Below are positions 36,804-43,339 of a DNA stretch of 43,339 nucleotides, one piece after another. Below the pieces are notes generated by a model. That model made no database searches. It saw only the letters and a program-made list of their open reading frames with translations, and was not told the DNA's origin. The translations under genes were made by a program, and so were the position numbers. The DNA comes from an uncultured bacterium. Its GTDB lineage: Bacteria; Patescibacteriota; Minisyncoccia; Phycocordibacterales; UBA9973. The DNA lies in NCBI GenBank assembly GCA_903907175.1, contig CAIVNB010000026.1, positions 1 to 43,339 of the forward strand. Direction: 5' to 3'. Each line of letters opens with the position of its first letter. Positions within the stretch are counted from its first letter, which is position 1.

Positions 36804-36839
36804 CAAAACAGCTCCGACTATATAGTCGGAGCTGTTTTG
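36804..36839. terminator. Intrinsic terminator, perfect 17-bp stem
   Basis: CAAAACAGCTCCGACTA-TA-TAGTCGGAGCTGTTTTG. Confidence 0.8.
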
Positions 36840-36877
36840 GTTTTACTTTACTTCTAATTTATATTAAAATATAGAGG

Positions 36878-38203
36878 ATGGACAATATATTGGCATCCTC
36901 ATTTAACGTTTTTTTTAATATTGTACTTTGGATTTTACCTTTAGCGGGGACCTTTTTTTTAGGTTATTGTGCTTGGAAAATGTGGGTGCATTATATACAG
37001 CAAGATTTTATTTCAGGTATTGATTTTTGCATGCTTGAAATTATCCCTCCAAGAGATGTTGTTCGTTCTCCAAAAGGAATGGAACTTTTTATCTCTAATG
37101 CCCTCTATCATTGGAGTGAGAAAGGAGGAATGGAAGAATATTGGCAAGGAGCAGTTTGGTTTTGGTTTTCTCTAGAAATGGCTTCAATCGAAGGACAAGT
37201 ACATTTTTATATTCGTACACCGACACGCATCAAAGATTTAATTGAAACCCAAATGTATGCTCAATATCCGCAATCGCAAGTGAAAGTTGTTGAAGATTAT
37301 ACTTTGGCAGTTTCTGAAATCTCAGAAGAGAGTGGCTGGAATCTTTGGGGTTGTGAATTCAAATTATTGAAACCAGAAGTATATCCTATAAAGACTTATG
37401 TTGATTTTGGTTTAGATAAAGACCCAGATGAAGAATTTAAAGTTGATCCTATCTCTCCTGTGATAGAATTTTTTGGATCACTTGGTAAAGGAGAACAAGC
37501 TTGGTTGCAGATTGTTATTACGCCACCAAAAAGACAGTATCATACTAAGGGTACTTGGTTTGGGCACCACGATTGGGTGGCAGAAGGTAGAAAACAAATA
37601 TTAAATACATTAGAGCCATATACTGGCTCACGTGACAGAGCAAAATTAGATTCTCGTGGTCCTGGATATGGTCTTGAAGTACGTTCTCCTGGATTCATGG
37701 ATGAGATGATAAAAGGGGCTGGTAAAAAATTGACTAAAATTGGTTTTGATACTGGCATCAGATTAGCTTATGTGGCAAGAAAAGATATATTTCCTTTTGG
37801 CACTAGGACAAATAATTCTAGAAATATTCGTTTGATTTTTCGTCAATATGCCAATCCTTTCTCAAATGAATTTTGGCGTCACAATTCAACTCAAGCAGAC
37901 CAATACAGTGGAATATTCATGGCATCCGCTAAGACAGTGAACCTTTTTAAAAGAAGACATTTACATGCGTATCGTGAGCGAGAATTTTTCCATCTCCCGA
38001 TGCGTCATCACTTATTTAACAAACATACTATTATTTGGCCTTTTTCTTTGTGGTTTAAACCTTATTTTCATCCTGAAATTTTTGTTTTGAACATAGAAGA
38101 ATTAGCGACTATTTGGCATTTCCCAGGCCAGATATTGAAAGTTCCAACCTTAGAACGTATCGAATCAAAAGAGGCATCTCCACCTCCGAATTTGCCTATG
38201 TAA
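36878..38203 (+). CDS. Membrane-anchored protein resembling N-terminal regions of DUF87/T4SS-type ATPase-associated proteins
   Basis: TM, FSLEMAS..GQVHFYI, YAQYP, YPIKTY, LNIEELATIWHFP, PPNLP; family link is from recollection. Confidence 0.55.
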   Translation: MDNILASSFNVFFNIVLWILPLAGTFFLGYCAWKMWVHYIQQDFISGIDFCMLEIIPPRDVVRSPKGMELFISNALYHWSEKGGMEEYWQGAVWFWFSLEMASIEGQVHFYIRTPTRIKDLIETQMYAQYPQSQVKVVEDYTLAVSEISEESGWNLWGCEFKLLKPEVYPIKTYVDFGLDKDPDEEFKVDPISPVIEFFGSLGKGEQAWLQIVITPPKRQYHTKGTWFGHHDWVAEGRKQILNTLEPYTGSRDRAKLDSRGPGYGLEVRSPGFMDEMIKGAGKKLTKIGFDTGIRLAYVARKDIFPFGTRTNNSRNIRLIFRQYANPFSNEFWRHNSTQADQYSGIFMASAKTVNLFKRRHLHAYREREFFHLPMRHHLFNKHTIIWPFSLWFKPYFHPEIFVLNIEELATIWHFPGQILKVPTLERIESKEASPPPNLPM

Positions 38204-38206
38204 TGT

Positions 38207-39145
38207 ATGGAAAATTTACCCTTACAAGATAATCAATTTATTGGTACTAATAATTTTCCTAAAAAAAGTTTTTTACCAAAGAAGATGTTTTTTAGTGTTA
38301 TTGTATTGTTTTTAAGTATAATATTTGGATATTATTTATTTTTTAGTGCACCTGATAATTTTCCGAAAGGTATTATTGTGAATATAGAAAAAGGAGAAAG
38401 TTTGAGAAGTTTATCTCTTAACTTGAAAGAAAAAAATGTAATTCGTTCGAGAACTTCTTTTGAAGCTTTTGTTATTATGTATGGTGGTGAAAAGCATATT
38501 GCAGTGGGCGATTATTTATTTGAAAATAAATTACCTGTTTTTGAAATAGCAAGAAGAATTGTAGAAAAAGATCGACGCTTAGCGTCTGTAAAAATTACAG
38601 TTCCTGAAGGTTTTGATGTTTCTGAAATCTCTGATAGTGTTTCTTCAAAATTAAGAAATTTTAATAAAGAAAAGTTTTTGAGAGATGCAAAAGAAGGATA
38701 TCTTTTCCCTGATACTTATTTTTTCTTTTCTTATGACAATGAACAAGACGTATTAAATTACATGACTGACAATTTCGAAAAGAAAATTAAAACTCTTAAA
38801 CAAGAGGTTATTTCTTCTGGAAAAAGTGAAAATGAAATCATTACTATGGCTTCGATCATAGAGAGAGAAGCAAAAGGAGATTCTGATAGGGCATATATTT
38901 CAGGAATTTTATGGAATAGAATAAAGAAAAATATGCCTTTGCAAGTTGATTCTGCAATGGAAACATATAAAACAAGAGGTTTACCCGCAAGTCCAATTTG
39001 TAATCCTGGACTTGAAGCAATAAAAGCGTCTATTCACCCAATGATATCAAATTATCTTTATTATTTGCATGATAAGAATGGGGTGATTCATTATGCAAAA
39101 ACTTTTGAGGAACATAAAATTAATAAATTAAAGTACTTGAAATAA
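38207..39145 (+). CDS. mltG: Endolytic transglycosylase MltG
   Basis: TVPEG, EGYLFPDTY, MASIIERE, PLQVD, GLPASPICNPG. Confidence 0.92.
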   Translation: MENLPLQDNQFIGTNNFPKKSFLPKKMFFSVIVLFLSIIFGYYLFFSAPDNFPKGIIVNIEKGESLRSLSLNLKEKNVIRSRTSFEAFVIMYGGEKHIAVGDYLFENKLPVFEIARRIVEKDRRLASVKITVPEGFDVSEISDSVSSKLRNFNKEKFLRDAKEGYLFPDTYFFFSYDNEQDVLNYMTDNFEKKIKTLKQEVISSGKSENEIITMASIIEREAKGDSDRAYISGILWNRIKKNMPLQVDSAMETYKTRGLPASPICNPGLEAIKASIHPMISNYLYYLHDKNGVIHYAKTFEEHKINKLKYLK

Positions 39146-39159
39146 TTGAGCATATTCAT

Positions 39160-39687
39160 ATGAGAAAACATGATTTAGCTTTTATTGACATAGAAACAAC
39201 CGGTCTTAGTGTTATAGAACATGAGATTATTGAGATTGGTGGTGTAATAACTAATTATAAACTTGAGATTAAAGAAAAGTTTGAATTAAAAATAAAACCT
39301 AAAAATATTGAAAACGCAAATAAAACAGCTTTAAAAATAAATCATTACAACGAAAAAGACTGGAAAGAGGCGTATGAATTAAAAGATGCATTAAAAATTT
39401 TTTCTAAAAAAGTGAAAGATTGTATTATGGTTGGGCAAAATATTGCTTTTGATTCTGGGTTCTTGGAATATAATCTTGAAAAGAATAATATAAAAAATAG
39501 TTTGCACTACCATAGGCTAGATACCATATCTATTGCTTGGACGAAGTTTCATGACGATAAAAATTTTGAACATTTTTCCTTAAGAGAAATGTGTAAATAT
39601 TTTAATATAAAAAATGAAAATCCACACAGTGCTCTTTCGGATGCTAGTGCTACTTATTTACTTTATAAGAAACTTTTGGAAATATAG
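39160..39687 (+). CDS. DEDDh 3'-5' exonuclease (DnaQ-like)
   Basis: DIETTG, QNIAFD, LDT, HSALSDA. Confidence 0.9.
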   Translation: MRKHDLAFIDIETTGLSVIEHEIIEIGGVITNYKLEIKEKFELKIKPKNIENANKTALKINHYNEKDWKEAYELKDALKIFSKKVKDCIMVGQNIAFDSGFLEYNLEKNNIKNSLHYHRLDTISIAWTKFHDDKNFEHFSLREMCKYFNIKNENPHSALSDASATYLLYKKLLEI

Positions 39688-39696
39688 AATTATTAC

Positions 39697-39729
39697 AAAA
39701 GAGCCCCGACATTTTGTCGGGGCTCTTTT
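39697..39729. terminator. Bidirectional intrinsic terminator
   Basis: AAAAGAGCCCCGACA-TTT-TGTCGGGGCTCTTTT between convergent genes. Confidence 0.85.
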
Positions 39730-39731
39730 CT

Positions 39732-40145
39732 TTATTGAGGATTTTGTTGTGCTACTTGTGGTTCTTGATTTGGTGTTTGAGGTGGTGTGGGTGAAGGTAT
39801 ATTTTTTGGGTTAGGTCCGTATTTATTATCTCCAGGAGTACTTTCTTTACATGCAAGTACGATAAACCAGATCCAGCCGGCAATAGGAATAAAATTTATT
39901 AACATCCACCAACCGCTTTTTCCAATGTCGTGTAATCTTCTAATTCCAACTGCTATTCCTGGTAATAATACTGCCAAGGAATAAAGGCTTCCAATAATAT
40001 TTTTACTGTCGCCAATTATTTCACTAATAATGCTGAGCACAATACTTACGATAATACTAAACAAAGTAAAATACCAATATTCCGCTCTTCGAGCACGCCC
40101 AGTAAAAACCGCGTACCGTTTTAAAACATCTACAAAGTAATGCAT
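39732..40145 (-). CDS. DUF805 (YhaH-like) membrane protein
   Basis: FTGRARRAEYW, RRLHDIGKSGWW, NKYGPNP. Confidence 0.92.
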   Translation of the reverse strand: MHYFVDVLKRYAVFTGRARRAEYWYFTLFSIIVSIVLSIISEIIGDSKNIIGSLYSLAVLLPGIAVGIRRLHDIGKSGWWMLINFIPIAGWIWFIVLACKESTPGDNKYGPNPKNIPSPTPPQTPNQEPQVAQQNPQ

Positions 40146-40195
40146 AAATTTTAATTTAATTTACAAACGTTGATAATATGGTTATTATAACAATA

Positions 40196-41395
40196 ATGGA
40201 TAAAAATAGGAATAAAACAGTATTTGTAGGTATGTCTGGAGGTGTAGATTCGAGCGTGTCTGCGGCACTTTTAAAAGAACAGGGTTATAACGTCGTTGGG
40301 GTTTTTATCAAAACTTGGCACCCTCCATTTTTAGCCTGCAACGAAGAAGAAGAGCGTCGTGATGCAATGCGAGTTTGTGCACATTTAGATGTTCCATTTT
40401 TGACTTTTGATTTTGAGGACGTATATAAAAAAGATGTCGCAGATTATATGATTTCTGAATATAAGAAAGGAAGAACTCCGAATCCAGATGTAATGTGCAA
40501 TAAATATGTTAAATTTGGCGCATTTTTCAAAAAAGCACTTGCAATGGGTGCAGATTATGTAGCGACAGGACATTATGCACGAACTTCAGCAGAAAATGCT
40601 TTTACTCAGGTCCTCGGTTCCTCGCCTAAGGCTCAGCCAGACCATTCGCAAAAGCATTTTCTGCTTTCGTTATTGAAAGGCAGTGACCCTTCTAAAGATC
40701 AAAGTTATTTTCTTTGGACCTTAAGACAAGAACAGCTTTCAAAAATCTTATTTCCAGTAGGGCATTTAAAGAAAAGTGACGTAAGAAAATTAGCAAATAA
40801 ATTTAAACTACCTGTAGCAGAAAAAAAAGATAGTCAAGGAATTTGTTTCTTAGGTGCCGTTGATTTGAAAGATTTTTTAAAACATTATATAAAAGAAAAG
40901 AAAGGGAAAGTTTTAAATGAAAAAGGAGAAGAAATCGGATTTCACGATGGAGTTGTCTTTTATACTTTTGGCGAGCGACATGGATTTACTATTACAAAAA
41001 AAAGTCCTATCGATGGGCCATATTATGTTGTTGCAAAGGATATAAAGAAGAATCTCTTGATAGTATCACAAAACAGAAACTATCTTAAAAAGAGTACAGA
41101 TATTTTTTTACTAAAAAATTCCTCGTGCTCGGACCAGTCGTCCTCGCAAGTCTATTTTAAAGATAATTTTTGTTTTGTTCTAGAAAATGTAAATTGGATT
41201 GCTGATATTCCAGAAGAAAATAAAAATTATACTGCTCAAATTCGTTATCACGGAGAGTTATTTCCTTGTATAATAAAGATTATTAACAAAACAAAGGCAG
41301 AAATAATTTTTAAAAAACCCATTTTAGCTGCTTCTGGCCAATCTATTGTTATTTACGATGAAAATGTTTGTGTGGGAGGAGGTGTAATTATATAA
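40196..41395 (+). CDS. mnmA: tRNA 2-thiouridylase MnmA with two in-frame insertions
   Basis: MSGGVDSSV, TPNPDVMCN, ATGHYA, KDQSYFL, DSQGICF; start set at MDKNR. Confidence 0.95.
   Translation: MDKNRNKTVFVGMSGGVDSSVSAALLKEQGYNVVGVFIKTWHPPFLACNEEEERRDAMRVCAHLDVPFLTFDFEDVYKKDVADYMISEYKKGRTPNPDVMCNKYVKFGAFFKKALAMGADYVATGHYARTSAENAFTQVLGSSPKAQPDHSQKHFLLSLLKGSDPSKDQSYFLWTLRQEQLSKILFPVGHLKKSDVRKLANKFKLPVAEKKDSQGICFLGAVDLKDFLKHYIKEKKGKVLNEKGEEIGFHDGVVFYTFGERHGFTITKKSPIDGPYYVVAKDIKKNLLIVSQNRNYLKKSTDIFLLKNSSCSDQSSSQVYFKDNFCFVLENVNWIADIPEENKNYTAQIRYHGELFPCIIKIINKTKAEIIFKKPILAASGQSIVIYDENVCVGGGVII
40588..40665. repeat. In-frame palindromic insertion 1 in mnmA
   Basis: Perfect 16-bp inverted repeat AGCAGAAAATGCTTTT / AAAAGCATTTTCTGCT. 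Confidence 0.85.
41068..41178. repeat. In-frame palindromic insertion 2 in mnmA
   Basis: ACAAAACAGAAACTATCTT pairs with AAGATAATTTTTGTTTTGT (one G-U, one mismatch); inner hairpins. Confidence 0.75.
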
Positions 41396-41443
41396 ACCTA
41401 CAATAGAATTTGAAAAAAACTCATTACAGAGTATAATAAGAAT

Positions 41444-41926
41444 ATGGAAAATCTTTTTAGTGCAGGTACTTTAGAAATAGCGTTGCGTCTTTTCGTGGCA
41501 TTATTATTAGGCATGATAATTGGTACTGAACGTGTTTGGGCTCACAAGACTGCAGGGATGCGTACATACGCTCTTGTCTCTATGGGTTCAGCTTTATTTG
41601 TTGTCGTTTCAAACGAAATGATTAAAATGTATACTGGTTTTCCTGGAACAAATCCTTTAATGATTATTGCTCAGATAGTTGTTGGTGTTGGTTTTATTGG
41701 CACAGGTCTTATCTTTTCTAAAGATTCAAAGTTAATGGGCCTTACTACAGCTACTGGTCTTTGGGTTTCAGCAGGTATTGGCATGGCTTCTGGCGCAGGT
41801 CTTTTTAGTATTGCAATAATTGCTACAGCATTTACCCTTTGTATCTTTATAGTGTTGTGGTTTATTGAAGAACAACTTAAAAAAACTAAATTTTTTAATA
41901 ACGATAGTTTTGAGGATTCAAATTAA
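41444..41926 (+). CDS. MgtC/SapB family membrane protein
   Basis: IGTER, AGMRTYALV, QIVVGVGFIGTG, GLTTATGLW. Confidence 0.92.
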   Translation: MENLFSAGTLEIALRLFVALLLGMIIGTERVWAHKTAGMRTYALVSMGSALFVVVSNEMIKMYTGFPGTNPLMIIAQIVVGVGFIGTGLIFSKDSKLMGLTTATGLWVSAGIGMASGAGLFSIAIIATAFTLCIFIVLWFIEEQLKKTKFFNNDSFEDSN

Positions 41927-41989
41927 GAAAGCTCTCTTAGTTGTTTTATGGGCTTTTTTATTTATCCTTTTTGTTATAGTATAAATTAT

Positions 41990-43339
41990 ATGACTTCAGA
42001 AGAGATTAGAAAAAAATTTTTAAAGTTTTTTGAAAATAGGGAACATGCCTTTGTTCCTTCAGCTTCTTTGGTTACTACAAATGAAGCTGGTGCTATGGAT
42101 GCGACTCTTTTTAATACAGCCGGGATGCAACCCTTCGTGCCTTACCTTTTAGGGGAACCTCATCCAAAAGGAATGCGTTTAGTAAATGTTCAGAAATGTT
42201 TGAGAACGATAGACTTGAGCGAAGTAGGCGACAGAACACACAATACTTTTTTTGAAATGATGGGCAATTGGTCTCTTGGGGATTATTTCAAAAAAGACGC
42301 TATTGCCTGGAGTTATCAATTTCTTACTTCAAAAGAGGAAGGTTTAGGACTAGATGTGTCACGGCTATATGTGACAGTTTTTGCAGGAAATGAAAAAGTT
42401 GCAAAAGATACTGAATCAATAGAAATATGGAAATCTTTAGGAATACCAGAGCATCGCATTTACCTAAAAAGTTCAAAGTCAAATTGGTGGAGTGCTGGAT
42501 TAAATTCGCCAGCGGGTCCTTCTACTGAGATGTTTTATGATTCCACTGGAGAACAAGGAAATATGACTCAGGAAGAATTTGATAAAGCTGAAGATGAACA
42601 AAAGGTTGTAGAAATTTGGAATGACGTTTTCATGATGTATAGACTAGTTAATGGTGAGATTGTTGGAGAACTTCCACAGAAAAATATAGACACTGGGGCG
42701 GGCCTTGAGAGAGTTACAATGATGGTTCAAGGTAAAAAAGATATTTATGAGACGGATTTATTTTTACCAATAATACAGAAAATAGAAGAATTATCAAAAT
42801 TAAAATATGGAGATAAATCTGATGAAGAATATACAAAAGAAGAAAATCAATGTTTTGTCGACGCACGAAAACAAATGAGAATTGTTGCTGATCATATTCG
42901 GACAGCAGTGTTTATCATATCGGATGGTGTTGTTCCTTCAAATACAGGACGGGGGTACATTCTTCGTAGGATTCTTCGTAGGGCAGTACGACATTCAGAC
43001 TTGGTATCTCTTAAACATGGGACACTGCTTGCTCTTGCAGAAGTTGTGATAGAAGAATATAAAAATGTGTATCCAGAGCTTTTAATAAATGAAGGTTTAA
43101 TCAAAAAAGAAATTAGAGATGAAGAGGATAAGTTTAGAAAAACACTTGAAAAGGGCTTAAAATCATTTAATTCTCTTAAAGAAGATGTGATTTCAGGAGA
43201 AGTGGCGTTTATGCTTTTTTCAACTTATGGTTTTCCAATAGAGCTTATTGAAGAATTGGCAAAAGAAAGAAACATAAAAGTTGATCGAGTAGGCTTTGAT
43301 TACCAGATGAAAAAACATCAAGAACTTTCTAAAACATCA
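41990..43339 (+). CDS. alaS: Alanine--tRNA ligase (3'-truncated by window; absent from ORF track)
   Basis: MTSEEIRKKFLKFF, LFNTAGMQP, HNTFFEMMGNWS, IDTGAGLER, ADHIR, GRGYILRRILRRA. Confidence 0.96.
   Translation, partial: MTSEEIRKKFLKFFENREHAFVPSASLVTTNEAGAMDATLFNTAGMQPFVPYLLGEPHPKGMRLVNVQKCLRTIDLSEVGDRTHNTFFEMMGNWSLGDYFKKDAIAWSYQFLTSKEEGLGLDVSRLYVTVFAGNEKVAKDTESIEIWKSLGIPEHRIYLKSSKSNWWSAGLNSPAGPSTEMFYDSTGEQGNMTQEEFDKAEDEQKVVEIWNDVFMMYRLVNGEIVGELPQKNIDTGAGLERVTMMVQGKKDIYETDLFLPIIQKIEELSKLKYGDKSDEEYTKEENQCFVDARKQMRIVADHIRTAVFIISDGVVPSNTGRGYILRRILRRAVRHSDLVSLKHGTLLALAEVVIEEYKNVYPELLINEGLIKKEIRDEEDKFRKTLEKGLKSFNSLKEDVISGEVAFMLFSTYGFPIELIEELAKERNIKVDRVGFDYQMKKHQELSKTS

Noticed and set aside
36804..36839. 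GGAGC-containing palindrome as another att junction
   Set aside because: It is a terminator-like stem after a stop codon, with no tail-coding arm.
40579..41178. mnmA inserts as inteins or group I/II introns
   Set aside because: Too short; no intein terminal motifs (C...HN) and no recognisable intron core.
1378..43104. Short antisense or alternate-frame ORFs in the track (e.g. 1378, 2802, 10553, 11891, 12461, 19164, 22353, 25177, 27071, 28356, 30063, 36224, 39787, 42892)
   Set aside because: Shadows of well-supported genes, with no motifs.
1..43339. Alternative genetic code (TGA = Gly, code 25)
   Set aside because: Conserved genes are full length under code 11 and TGA acts as a normal stop (e.g. 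ATGA overlap at 8100-8103).

Overview
Strongly AT-rich bacterial chromosome segment. The gene set (short UvrC, sigma-region-4/HARE-HTH protein, MltG, AlaS, few Shine-Dalgarno sites) suggests a Patescibacteria/CPR (Parcubacteria-like) genome; this is an inference. Housekeeping flanks (uvrA-uvrC...tRNA-Ala, cls on the left; mltG, mnmA, mgtC, alaS on the right) enclose a ~20 kb accessory region starting at the 3' end of tRNA-Asn(GTT) (6541-6615). Main discovery: the region looks like a tandem stack of units inserted at one GAGC core at the tRNA 3' end. The newest unit (about 6610-15974) is a complete integrative element with a large serine recombinase, M-R-M restriction-modification genes, an Xis-like HTH, a rolling-circle-type Rep and a Panacea TA pair. 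Its recombinase runs into the tRNA and stops there (...NWLGR*). An in-frame 34-aa tail (L-PLVDKFRTLNW...) lies 9.4 kb away at the other end, so excision would swap the integrase C-terminus. Further GAGC junctions with homologous or degenerate tail-coding arms (20758, 21605, 23538, 24449, 25031, possibly 26392) delimit integrase-less gene cassettes. A ~175-bp structured mini-element (ending at GAGC 20932) carries an antisense copy and a sense copy of the tRNA 3' end. Separately, uvrC and mnmA contain in-frame palindromic insertions, and many genes have a -10 box 6 nt before the ATG (leaderless). All calls were made by eye; no searches were run.
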